DNA of 60,853 bases from an uncultured Christensenella sp. (lineage in GTDB: Bacteria; Bacillota; Clostridia; Christensenellales; UBA1242): positions 1 to 60,853 of the forward strand of contig CASEHF010000004.1 in NCBI GenBank assembly GCA_949287685.1, given 5' to 3'. The position numbers were made by a program, and so were the translations under genes. Each line of letters starts with the position of its first letter. Positions within the stretch are counted from its first letter, which is position 1. Under the pieces are notes generated by a model, which worked only from the letters and a program-made list of their open reading frames with translations, was not told where the DNA came from and ran no database searches. Positions 30,955-40,356 of this stretch are shown here, piece after piece.

Positions 30955-31405
30955 CACCCTCTACCTCCTTTTTCTCATCATCGATTACTGTTACACCCAT
31001 ACTACGAGCAGTACCAGCAATCATCGACATAGCAGCCTCAATAGTTGCTGCGTTCAAGTCTGGCATCTTAGTCTTTGCAATCTCGCGAACTTGCGACTTT
31101 TTGATTTGACCAGCGTTAATTTTAGGGGTCTTTGCACTACCCTTTTCAATGCCGATTGCCTTCTTAATCAAAACGGCTGCAGGCGGAGTCTTGTAAACAA
31201 TGTCAAAACTGCGGTCTGCGTAAATGTTGATTATTGCAGGAATAATCATACCTACTTGGTTGGCTGTCGCTTCGTTGAATCTCTTGATAAATTCACCGAT
31301 GTTTACACCACGGGGACCAAGCGCTCCACCCAGTTGCTGACCAGCGGTCGCCTTTCCAGCGGGCAACTGCACCTTAACAACTGCGACAGGTTTCTTTTCT
31401 GCCAT
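30941..31405 (-). CDS. rplK: 50S ribosomal protein L11
   Basis: [13 protein letters not shown] and GTARSMG motifs; start MAEKK after GGAGG. Confidence 0.97.
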   Translation of the reverse strand: MAEKKPVAVVKVQLPAGKATAGQQLGGALGPRGVNIGEFIKRFNEATANQVGMIIPAIINIYADRSFDIVYKTPPAAVLIKKAIGIEKGSAKTPKINAGQIKKSQVREIAKTKMPDLNAATIEAAMSMIAGTARSMGVTVIDDEKKEVEGDESK

Positions 31406-31421
31406 AATGGTTTCCTCCAAA

Positions 31422-31469
31422 GTGGTAATAGCGAGCAAAAAGTTAACAGATTTCAATTTACTCTCCCAC
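31422..31469 (-). promoter_or_regulatory. Putative L1-binding autoregulatory leader (GTGGGAG...ACCAC)
   Basis: Motif immediately before the rplK RBS, as in other Firmicute rplK leaders. Confidence 0.6.
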
Positions 31470-31634
31470 AAATATGTTTATCGCTAATGCGCATAAACCG
31501 AATTAAATCAATGCATCTTTTAATAGCACAAAATGCTAAATATGCATTATCCCGAATGTGCCTAACGCGCGTATGCGAACGCATACGGCGCGGCGAAGCG
31601 CCACCGCAATCTTTGCGGGCGCGTTAGGCACCGA

Positions 31635-32194
31635 GCACGCCAAAAAGTGCGTGGCCGCACTGGCGATATTTGTACAGCCAAAATAAATGTACTATTCTAT
31701 ATAATAAATTTAATAGAAAGGCATAGATACAAGGAGTATGGTAGAAATATCGAGGGCGGTGCGTAGCCGCACTCGCAATATTTTACACAAATACCTCTCG
31801 TTCTCCAATAGATGCTACATCTAAATTACATAAAATCGTACAGATACGAGGCGCACGCCAAAAAGTGCGTGGCCGCACTGGCGATATTAGCACAGTCAAA
31901 ATAAATGTACAATTCTATATAATAAATTTAATAGAAAGGCATAGATACAAGGAGTACGGTAGAAATATCGAGGGCGGTGCGTAGCCGCACTCGCAATATT
32001 TTACACAAATACTTCTCGTTCTCCAACAGATGCTACATCTAAATTACATAAAATCGTACAGATACGAGGCGCATGCCAAAAAGTGCGTGGCCGCACTGGC
32101 GATATTTATACAATCAAAATAGATGTACAATTCTATATAATAAATTTAATAGAAAGGCATAGATACAAGGAGTATGGTAGAAATATCGAGGGCG
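31635..32194. repeat. 218-bp tandem repeat, about 2.6 copies
   Basis: Unit starts at 31635, 31853 and 32071 with few mismatches. Confidence 0.95.
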
Positions 32195-32268
32195 CATATT
32201 AAACATATGTAACCGAGATATTTACTACCTATCGACACAGTAGATATGCTTTTATATTAAATTTAAAA

Positions 32269-32799
32269 TTAGATTTTCGCAACCTGCGAATAATCCAACT
32301 CCAACGGTGTCTCCCTACCAAACATATTCACAATTACACTACAACGCTGATTTTCAGAATCTACCTTGGTAACCTTACACACGGTGTTTACTAAAGCGCC
32401 GCTCAAAATACGCACCTCATCTCCCACTTCGAGAGAAAAGTCCACCTTCACCTTTTCAAGGTGCATTTTGCGTATTTCCTCATCAGTGAGCGGTAACGGG
32501 CGCCCCTTTGGGCCTACAAAACCAGTAATGCCACGGGTGTGGGTAATGGTGTGCCAAATATCATCTCCATAAATCATTTTTATGAAAATGTAGCACGGCA
32601 TTGCCTTGCGGGTAACAATTTTCTTTTTACCATCGTTATCCTCAATTACATCCTCGGTGGGTATTACGATATCAAAAATACGATTGTGCAAATTACCGTT
32701 TTCTACGACCTGCTCGAGATTTTGTTTGGCAACTGCCTCGTATCCCGAAAAGGTGTGCAATACATACCACTTAGGTTCGGTACTCATAAAATTAGACAT
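32269..32799 (-). CDS. nusG: Transcription elongation factor NusG
   Basis: KWYVLHTFSGYE, GITGFVG and MFGRETPLEL motifs. Confidence 0.97.
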   Translation of the reverse strand: MSNFMSTEPKWYVLHTFSGYEAVAKQNLEQVVENGNLHNRIFDIVIPTEDVIEDNDGKKKIVTRKAMPCYIFIKMIYGDDIWHTITHTRGITGFVGPKGRPLPLTDEEIRKMHLEKVKVDFSLEVGDEVRILSGALVNTVCKVTKVDSENQRCSVIVNMFGRETPLELDYSQVAKI

Positions 32800-32810
32800 A
32801 CTCTACCCCC

Positions 32811-33377
32811 TTACTCTGTTGGCGCTGGGCCCACAAACAAACCGTGTAGCAATGATAGTAGATAATCAAAAACGAGTAAAACTATGCAGAAGAAAATAAC
32901 GACAGCCAAAACAACACCCGTTTTCTTAACTACATCTTTAAAACTCGGCCAAGTAATTTTCTTTAATTCGCTAACTGTTTCCTTGATTCGCTTGCCAAAC
33001 TTGCGCTTTTCCTTCTTTTCGGCTTTCTTTTTATCGGCAAGTTTCTGCTGCTTCAACTTTTCCTTGTCTTTTTTGTCCGCAGTTTCGGGCTCGCTACCAG
33101 ACTTAGTAGTATCTACCTTTTCGCCCTCATTTTCGGCAGCCACAGCAGCATTATCCGTAGGCTCAATTATTTCATCAGCGGTAACCGCCTTTGCCTGCTC
33201 AGCCTCGAGTTTTTCACGCTTTGCTTGTTCGCGAGCCTCGGCCTCCTCTTGCTTTCTCTTTTCAGCCTCGGCATTCTGCGCCTCAATCATTTTATTTTGA
33301 TTAATTAGCGCCTTGATATTCTTGGCATTAGATGTATTGTTACCACTCTTTTTTGACTTTGACTTAGATTTGGACAT
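32811..33377 (-). CDS. secE: Preprotein translocase SecE with a long charged N-terminal extension
   Basis: ELKKITWPS followed by a TM helix; lies between rpmG and nusG. Confidence 0.92.
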   Translation of the reverse strand: MSKSKSKSKKSGNNTSNAKNIKALINQNKMIEAQNAEAEKRKQEEAEAREQAKREKLEAEQAKAVTADEIIEPTDNAAVAAENEGEKVDTTKSGSEPETADKKDKEKLKQQKLADKKKAEKKEKRKFGKRIKETVSELKKITWPSFKDVVKKTGVVLAVVIFFCIVLLVFDYLLSLLHGLFVGPAPTE

Positions 33378-33405
33378 TTTGCCTCCTAATTCGCAAAACT
33401 AAAAA

Positions 33406-33555
33406 TTACTTGCTTTCCTTGTGAATTGTGTGCTTCTTGCAGAATGGACAATACATACTGATTTCCATACGGTCTGGGTCATTTTTCTTGTTCTTTTGTG
33501 ATGTGTGTGTGTAACGCTTGCATTCGGTGCATGCTAACTTAATGTTTACGCGCAT
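33406..33555 (-). CDS. rpmG: 50S ribosomal protein L33 (zinc-binding form; absent from the ORF track)
   Basis: Manual translation: [49 protein letters not shown]. Confidence 0.97.
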   Translation of the reverse strand: MRVNIKLACTECKRYTHTSQKNKKNDPDRMEISMYCPFCKKHTIHKESK

Positions 33556-33608
33556 TTTAGTAACCTCTTTAATAAAAAATTACACTACTTTACGGCAGTG
33601 TGTAAAGT

Positions 33609-33637
33609 AGTATAACACAATTTAAGTATGTAGTCAA
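33609..33637 (-). promoter_or_regulatory. sigmaA promoter of rpmG-secE-nusG (TTGACT-17-TATACT)
   Basis: Near consensus with TG extension. Confidence 0.7.
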
Positions 33638-33787
33638 GGGAAAAATCCAAAAAAGTTGTGTCTAAAAGGCTAAATTTTGCAAAAATTAGGCTAAACGGCA
33701 ATGATTTTTAAATCAATTACTACAACACTGCACTTTTTCGATTTTATCATTTAAAAATATTGGTTTAGTGTTCTACAGACTCAAAAA

Positions 33788-34837
33788 CTATCTACTAAAC
33801 TCATCAAGTTCCCTTTTTAATTGTTTTTCCTCTTTATGAATTCTTAAAGTTTGGCGTATATCTGAAACTGATGCCTTAATAGGATTTTTTATGTTTTCAA
33901 TTTTCTCTCTACGCGCTTTTTGCGCATTTAATGCCTCAATCAAATCATCTGCCTTATCTAAAAACTCGCCCAAATTCATCGTAGCGTAATTTTTATCCAA
34001 TTTGCTAGAAATTTTAGTATACACTGTTTTGGTTATTTCTTTATCAGAATAAAATTTATTAATATACGACTTTGTATATTTATAACCCCATTCTTTACCA
34101 ATGGCATTTAAACGGCGCAAAATATCAATCTCCAATGGCGAAGCGTTGTGAGATTTTGCATCTTGAGCATACTTCTTTAATGCTCCCCTAACTGAATGCG
34201 CTAATTTACAAAAATCAGGGTCTTTTTTAAAATAGTATTCTTTATAATCTGTATATCTAACATGGTGCCCATCACTTAAAATACTATCTATATCAAATTT
34301 CTCTATATAATCATCACATTTATTACGAATTTCTACGAGTTTTTTGGAATTTTCGTGATTAGTCTTGTTGTAGCCAGACAATACGCAACTAGTTAGTGGA
34401 TAATTAATAACATACAGATTATCGAATATTGACCCCTCCGCGTTTAAATTTGTATCAAGTAGTACAACACTATGCGAAACTATCGCAAAATGAGGGCGGC
34501 TTGAATAAAATCCAGGTCCATAACGAAAAAGTATACCATTGGCATGTGCAATTGGAATCAAATTCTTTCCTTCGGTGATTTTTTGAAATTGCTGATTGTT
34601 TGATTTGCTTACAACCTCAGGAGCGATGGTTATAACAATTCCTGAGTCTTTATCAGTCATTTCATAATCAGAAGGAACAAATTTGACCGCACTAATTCTA
34701 ATATGAGCATCATTGATTATTTCACGATCTACTTGGCTCATATTAATCCCCTCATCCGATATATCAATACTATCCATCCAAGTATAAATATGCCCCTTAT
34801 CTAACTTGTCCATTATTTCTTTAACATTCAAATTCAT
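33788..34837 (-). CDS. Hypothetical soluble protein, AT-rich
   Basis: 349-aa ORF with GGGAG RBS; no family recognised. Confidence 0.8.
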   Translation of the reverse strand: MNLNVKEIMDKLDKGHIYTWMDSIDISDEGINMSQVDREIINDAHIRISAVKFVPSDYEMTDKDSGIVITIAPEVVSKSNNQQFQKITEGKNLIPIAHANGILFRYGPGFYSSRPHFAIVSHSVVLLDTNLNAEGSIFDNLYVINYPLTSCVLSGYNKTNHENSKKLVEIRNKCDDYIEKFDIDSILSDGHHVRYTDYKEYYFKKDPDFCKLAHSVRGALKKYAQDAKSHNASPLEIDILRRLNAIGKEWGYKYTKSYINKFYSDKEITKTVYTKISSKLDKNYATMNLGEFLDKADDLIEALNAQKARREKIENIKNPIKASVSDIRQTLRIHKEEKQLKRELDEFSR

Positions 34838-34852
34838 TTTTATCTCCCTTTT

Positions 34853-35842
34853 TTATAAAAATAATTCGTGATTGGGTGCTTTTTGTGGCTGTGCATCTAG
34901 ATTAAACTCCACTAATTCCGACACATACTCGGCGCGAGGTGTGGCCTCCCTACAATATAGAGTAAGAGGCGTAAAAACACTCTTAATCTCGGCTAACGCA
35001 ACATCGCTCTCGGCTAGTCCGCTCGGCTTATACTCCTTTACAAGTGAGTAAAAATCTTTATAAGGCTCGACCTCGCCATAATTTTGGTTGTAGTCGGCGC
35101 CATTTGCCTTGCACGCACGCCACGAATACGCATTTTCGCGGTCAGTAACCAACAATCTAATATTTGTGGCACTAGCATAGTCATCGAGACTATTTACAAT
35201 TTCGCGGTAAAGTTTCGCTTTTTTATCTTTATCAAGGTTTAATCCAGCGACCTCGGCGTGAAGCTCTTGCTTTACATCATCTATATTGCTCTCATCTACA
35301 TTTTTGTAGTTTAGCATTGTTCCCCAGAACCCTGAGATATTGGATGTAAACTCAATAGCGGTCTGTGGACACGGCGCAAAATAAGTAAATCTGCCTGTAT
35401 TTTTAGAGTACTTAAATGCCTTTACTACTGCGTTATTTGGCTGTTCATACATTAAATCTAAAAACTCCGCAGGAAAGTCCACCTTGTGCTCTATTTCCCT
35501 TTTACCGCTGAATAACAAGCCATTCCTATAAAAATTATTCGCAAAATCTCGGTAAATACTCACAGGCTTTGCATTAAAACCATTTGCCACAATATTCTCG
35601 CCCAGTTTTTTATAAATAAGTCCCGCGGTAGTATCTACATATTCCTTGGTCGACTTTGCCGATTTGAGCGCATTGTAAAACGCCTCATTTGGCACTTCGC
35701 GGGTCGCAATAGAGTAGTTTAAAACGCTGACTAAAAAGTCTTTATTAAACTCCCCCTTGTTTCTAACTATGCGCATAAACTCTTTTGAATTTAACAAGCC
35801 ACATATAAACCTAATTAGAACCTGATTGTTTTTTAAATCCAT
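34853..35842 (-). CDS. Hypothetical soluble protein
   Basis: 329-aa ORF with GGTGGAG RBS; no family recognised. Confidence 0.8.
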   Translation of the reverse strand: MDLKNNQVLIRFICGLLNSKEFMRIVRNKGEFNKDFLVSVLNYSIATREVPNEAFYNALKSAKSTKEYVDTTAGLIYKKLGENIVANGFNAKPVSIYRDFANNFYRNGLLFSGKREIEHKVDFPAEFLDLMYEQPNNAVVKAFKYSKNTGRFTYFAPCPQTAIEFTSNISGFWGTMLNYKNVDESNIDDVKQELHAEVAGLNLDKDKKAKLYREIVNSLDDYASATNIRLLVTDRENAYSWRACKANGADYNQNYGEVEPYKDFYSLVKEYKPSGLAESDVALAEIKSVFTPLTLYCREATPRAEYVSELVEFNLDAQPQKAPNHELFL

Positions 35843-35851
35843 AACTCCACC

Positions 35852-36112
35852 TTACCTTGAGTGCTCATCTTCATTTTCGGCTTCTCTCAAATAACTCCTA
35901 CACTTGTATTCAAAATACTCCTCAAACACGCGCCCTTTTCTATTTTTTTGAAAAAAGCCTTCTTTAGGCGAAAAATCTAGGTATTCGCGCACCTGCTTCT
36001 CGCGCTCACTCGGCATTTCGGAAAGATTAAGTTCGTTAACCGCCTTTAAGTACTTTAGTATTTCCTTGTATTCGACATACTCATCGATTTTGTCTTTGAT
36101 ACTCTGCAGCAT
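35852..36112 (-). CDS. Small hypothetical protein (86 aa)
   Basis: AAGGAG RBS; promoter TTGACT-17-TATAAT at 36158-36186. Confidence 0.75.
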   Translation of the reverse strand: MLQSIKDKIDEYVEYKEILKYLKAVNELNLSEMPSEREKQVREYLDFSPKEGFFQKNRKGRVFEEYFEYKCRSYLREAENEDEHSR

Positions 36113-36294
36113 AATTACTCCTTTTTTACACATTTTTATCTCGTTATTTATAATTAAATTATAGCACAAAACAGCGATTTAGTCAATATCTACCAGTAAA
36201 ACTAGACACTCAAACACAAAACGGGGTTAAATTAATTGCTATTTTGTATTGCTTTGTAGTATAATTTATTATCTTTATTTTAAAGGTGATAAAA

Positions 36295-36771
36295 ATGGCA
36301 AAAAAAGATTTTTTGTGTAATGTAATATTTAAGGTTTTGGCTCGAGGTATCGTAGCGCTATCAAAAAAAGATAGTGTGATCAAAGCCGAAATAAACAATC
36401 TACCTGAGGGTTACTCAGTGGGTCTAGGAGTGCTACCCTATGGCGACTATGTAGTACTGAAAAAAGAGAATGGTTCGCTATATGTCGAGAAAAAGCCGAA
36501 AGAGGCTATCCTCACGGTAGGATTTAAAAACGCGCGAGCTGCTAAACTCGTAATGCTAGCGAAAAGCAGCATTGCGGAAAGTTACTGTAGGCACGACTTA
36601 ATCGTAGCGGGTGATATTTCTGTCGCTATGGGGTTAGTACGGGCAATCAACCGTGCGGAAAAGTACCTATTTCCGCACTTTATGACAAAGCGCTTTTTAC
36701 CCAAGATTAAGAAAGAATACTGCTCGCTTTTCCTGTACTTGCGTATATTTTTTACAAAACTCAGCAAGTAA
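36295..36771 (+). CDS. Hypothetical protein, possible SCP2-like lipid-binding fold
   Basis: LIVAGDISVAMGL motif resembles the SCP2 C-terminus; upstream of the Fe-ADH gene. Confidence 0.5.
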   Translation: MAKKDFLCNVIFKVLARGIVALSKKDSVIKAEINNLPEGYSVGLGVLPYGDYVVLKKENGSLYVEKKPKEAILTVGFKNARAAKLVMLAKSSIAESYCRHDLIVAGDISVAMGLVRAINRAEKYLFPHFMTKRFLPKIKKEYCSLFLYLRIFFTKLSK

Positions 36772-36808
36772 AATATATTTTGAAATTTAAGTAAAGAGGT
36801 ATAAAACT

Positions 36809-37984
36809 ATGGCATATTTTGAATTTATTAATTCCGTTAAAATTTGTTCGGGGGCGCACGCGCTCGAAAACATTGTTTACGAACTCGATTTTTTAGGCTC
36901 GAAAAAGCCCTTAATCCTAAGCGATAACGGTGTAAAAAACGCGGGCGTATTAAATAAAGTTACCGACATCCTTGCAAAAAATGGCATACCAATTGACCAC
37001 ATTTTTACCGATATCCCCGCCGACTCCGATGTCGCGGTAATAAATGCGATTGCAAAGGCTTTTTACCAAAACGGCTGTGATGGCATAATTGCCTGTGGGG
37101 GCGGCAGTGTCATCGACACCGCAAAAGGAGTCAGGCTCGTACTCTCACAACAAGGCAAAGATATCCTCACCCTTATGGGAAACGAGGTTATAAAAAAGGG
37201 CGCACACATTCCCTTTATTGTACTACCCACCACTTGCGGGACTGGCAGCGAATGCACGGCTGTTGCGGTTATTAAAAATCACGAAACAGGTATCAAAATG
37301 GAGTATATCTCGAGCGAACTTCTCCCTGATACAGCTATTATCGATGTGCGCCTCACGGAAACTTTACCCAAAAAACTAATCGCTAGTAGCGCAATGGATG
37401 CCCTAGTCCACTCAATAGAAGCATTCTCGAGCAAACAGAAAAACCCCATTAGCGATGCTTATGCCACGACAGCGATGAGGTTGATTACAACTAATCTACC
37501 AATTGTGCTAGCCTCTCCCACGACTGAGGCGCGCGAGAACCTCGCCCTTGCCTCCACGCTCGCTGGTATAGCCTTTAGCAATGCTATGGTGGGAGTCGTA
37601 CACGCAATCGGGCACGCACTGGGTGGCGAATGTGGTGTCCCTCACGGGAACGCTATGGCGGTCCTACTCCCCGAATGTATGAGGTTTAACCTCGACATCA
37701 ATAAAGAGGAATATAGTGAAATGCTACTATACCTCGCGGGAGCGGAAAAATTTGCCAGCACCCCCAAAAACAACCGCGCCGCGGCGACCATTGAGTTTAT
37801 TATAGATTTTGAGCAAAAAATTCACGAATTGAGCGGGCTAGCGCTCACCCTCCGCGAGTATGGAGTGACTGAGGATAAATTTGAAAATGTCGCCAAAAAG
37901 GCACTCAACGATGGCGCAGTAATAGCAAATAACAAGGCAGTAGATAAAGCCAATGTGCTAGCTATACTTAAAAAATGTCTATAA
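36809..37984 (+). CDS. Iron-containing alcohol dehydrogenase
   Basis: GGGSVIDTAK, PTTCGTGSE, DALVHSIE, HAIGH and PHG motifs. Confidence 0.93.
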   Translation: MAYFEFINSVKICSGAHALENIVYELDFLGSKKPLILSDNGVKNAGVLNKVTDILAKNGIPIDHIFTDIPADSDVAVINAIAKAFYQNGCDGIIACGGGSVIDTAKGVRLVLSQQGKDILTLMGNEVIKKGAHIPFIVLPTTCGTGSECTAVAVIKNHETGIKMEYISSELLPDTAIIDVRLTETLPKKLIASSAMDALVHSIEAFSSKQKNPISDAYATTAMRLITTNLPIVLASPTTEARENLALASTLAGIAFSNAMVGVVHAIGHALGGECGVPHGNAMAVLLPECMRFNLDINKEEYSEMLLYLAGAEKFASTPKNNRAAATIEFIIDFEQKIHELSGLALTLREYGVTEDKFENVAKKALNDGAVIANNKAVDKANVLAILKKCL

Positions 37985-38087
37985 TTAAAAATGACACACT
38001 AGAGTACCAAGTCTTTAATCTAAAGGGCTCTCCACTCTGTGTGTCATTTTATATTTGCAGCGCACACTAAAAACCACACCATAATGC

Positions 38088-38130
38088 AAACTACACCCCC
38101 AAAAGTTAAACCTATTTGGAGGTGTAGTTT
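38088..38130. terminator. Inverted repeat or bidirectional terminator resembling IS3-family ends
   Basis: AAACTACACCCCCAAA...TTTGGAGGTGTAGTTT. Confidence 0.5.
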
Positions 38131-38164
38131 TGTTTTATTTAGTGTATAATTATAAACTTTATTA

Positions 38165-39091
38165 TTAAATATGCATTTCGGTATAATAATCTTTTATAGC
38201 ATTTTCGCGCTCTTGGATTTCGCGTTTTGTCGGTTTTGCGCAGAATTTGTCCGTTAAACAATCGCTATAAATGTGTTGATTCTGTAAAAGAAATTCTGTA
38301 TCGTAGTCGACTAAATTTTTAATATTTATATAATCGTTTCTAATGCACTGTATATTTTTACATTTTTTTAATTTAGGTAAATTGATATATGCGCCACGCG
38401 GATACATAGGACTCACATCAGCGCGCATATTTCTGTATACGCGGAGAGAGTTTTCGACTTCCTCAAGGTCGCGCAAATATACGCCATACTCGTTTAACTC
38501 GATTTGCACATTTTTAGCAGAGTGAAGGTTTAGGTCAATTGGAGTCCAATTGCCCATAATTGCGACATCTCTAACTTTTGTCAAGTCAGGCATACGAATG
38601 TCGCCCTTGTTAAACAAAATTTCGCACAAATCAGCACTCTCAATGCCGCAAATCCTCGTTTTCGACCTTGCAACACTCCACCCTATGCTAATTTGAGAGC
38701 AAGTATCCTTTTTAATACAGTTTATATTGACATTCCCTACATGATCGATAATATTTATATACTCGGGCGCCTTTATTAGGTTTAAATCTACATTACCGTA
38801 CCCAAACAGCACCAATCCATCGCGTATATATGCAGCCTGACTAGGCAAAATCACCACACCTACCCCACCAACAAACAGTGAGCCATTCACCGCACGCAAG
38901 GCACTCGCATCAATCACATCACCCTCGCACATAGGCGAAAAAGCGTAATCTCCATCTAATATGCCTTTGCTATTGAGGGCTTTGTCAAAGTCCTGTTGGT
39001 CGTAAATTATATTCATAGTGCTAGCGCGCTTGTTTAATTTATAAACCACGCGTAACTGCATATCGGTACCATAGTATTTGTTAACTCTCAT
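38165..39091 (-). CDS. Hypothetical protein with beta-solenoid / L-domain-like repeats
   Basis: Recurring MPDLTKV, LRDLEEV and LPKLKKC units; promoter TTGACC-17-TAGAAT at 39110-39138. Confidence 0.65.
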   Translation of the reverse strand: MRVNKYYGTDMQLRVVYKLNKRASTMNIIYDQQDFDKALNSKGILDGDYAFSPMCEGDVIDASALRAVNGSLFVGGVGVVILPSQAAYIRDGLVLFGYGNVDLNLIKAPEYINIIDHVGNVNINCIKKDTCSQISIGWSVARSKTRICGIESADLCEILFNKGDIRMPDLTKVRDVAIMGNWTPIDLNLHSAKNVQIELNEYGVYLRDLEEVENSLRVYRNMRADVSPMYPRGAYINLPKLKKCKNIQCIRNDYINIKNLVDYDTEFLLQNQHIYSDCLTDKFCAKPTKREIQERENAIKDYYTEMHI

Positions 39092-39223
39092 AATTTTCTC
39101 CTAGTTAATATTCTACCATACTTTTTTAATTTGGTCAATATCGAAAATTTAGCAAGTTAGTTTAAATTTGTTTTACATTTTTTCGTAAAAAGTATATACT
39201 TTAAATAAAAAAAGGAGTTTATT

Positions 39224-39904
39224 ATGGTTACATTTTATATCTTGCTTGCCCTTGCGGTGATTCTGTCTATTACATTTATCGCTGTTTGGTCGAGAGAAAG
39301 ACCGCTAATTAGTTTCTTTACAAAAGGGTTAGCGACAATCTCAATTATCACCTTGGCTATTTATACTGTATCAATGTACGCACTAGATACTGTCACGATA
39401 CTACTGCTCGTGGGGCTGGTACTATGTTTGCTTGGCGACCTCGTACTCGCCCTGCCCGAACTCTGCGACCAGAGCCGTAGGGCGGACATTATCACCTTTG
39501 GTATAATTTCATTTATGTTGGCACAAGTTGTGTTTATCGTAATGTTTGGGTTAATCGATGTAGTCACCCTTTACGGACTCATCGCGGGGCTAGTGGTGGC
39601 TGGCGCAATCTTTTTACTCAAAAAGCCTATGAAATTGGAGTTTGGGAAAAACCTAGTACCTAGTCTAATTTACGCAGGACTACTTGGTACCAATGTAGCA
39701 AGTTCGATTATACTAATGATTGTGGGCAGTTTCAACCTTTGCTACATTTTGCTGGCGGTAGGTTTTGTATCGTTTATCGTGTCCGACTTAATTTTGAGTC
39801 AAATTTACTTTGCAGGCGACCAACGCCCTATGACACAGAAAATCAACTATGTTTTCTACTACCTGGCAATTTTGTTAATCGCCCTTAGTTTTGTGGGCAT
39901 TTAA
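39224..39904 (+). CDS. YhhN-like (lysoplasmalogenase family) membrane protein
   Basis: Multi-TM protein with LLGDLVL, FIVSDLIL and FYYLA motifs. Confidence 0.8.
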   Translation: MVTFYILLALAVILSITFIAVWSRERPLISFFTKGLATISIITLAIYTVSMYALDTVTILLLVGLVLCLLGDLVLALPELCDQSRRADIITFGIISFMLAQVVFIVMFGLIDVVTLYGLIAGLVVAGAIFLLKKPMKLEFGKNLVPSLIYAGLLGTNVASSIILMIVGSFNLCYILLAVGFVSFIVSDLILSQIYFAGDQRPMTQKINYVFYYLAILLIALSFVGI

Positions 39905-39915
39905 GGAGATATAAT

Positions 39916-40356
39916 ATGGAAAAGTATTTCATTGCATATGGAACAAATATCAACTACAATGAACTAACAAAAGCATTCCCCGATGCGAAAATATTAAGTT
40001 ACGGGTACATACAGAACTACGCCCTAGAATTCGTGGGTTACGATGGACACGCTATCGCGACACTCACTAAAAAGCGCGGCGCAAAGACTCCGGTCGCAAT
40101 TTGGGAGTTCCCTCCCGAACTCCGATTTACTATTGCGAACTTCGAGCCTTTCCCCTACCTATACAAGCGCATAAAAGTAACGGCAATCGTAGGTGGAAAA
40201 AACAAAATGCGCGGCGAAGTGTATGTGACCAAGCAAAAACTGCGCCACGGCAGACCCTCGGAGGAGTATCTAGACACCTTGCGTGCTGGGTACCGCGAGG
40301 CTGGGTTCGATGAAAACCTAATTGACCAAGCATTAAAGGAGCAACCAACAGACTAA
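39916..40356 (+). CDS. Gamma-glutamylcyclotransferase-like (AIG2) protein
   Basis: YFIAYGTNIN and PSEEYLDTLRAGY motifs. Confidence 0.8.
   Translation: MEKYFIAYGTNINYNELTKAFPDAKILSYGYIQNYALEFVGYDGHAIATLTKKRGAKTPVAIWEFPPELRFTIANFEPFPYLYKRIKVTAIVGGKNKMRGEVYVTKQKLRHGRPSEEYLDTLRAGYREAGFDENLIDQALKEQPTD

Noticed and set aside
31558-31631. tRNA gene (cloverleaf-like)
   Set aside because: 13-bp closing stem, no TTCGA T-loop in position, no 7-nt anticodon loop and no CCA
31635-32194. CRISPR array
   Set aside because: The linkers are themselves repeated, are about 90 bp long, and no cas genes are present; it is a tandem repeat
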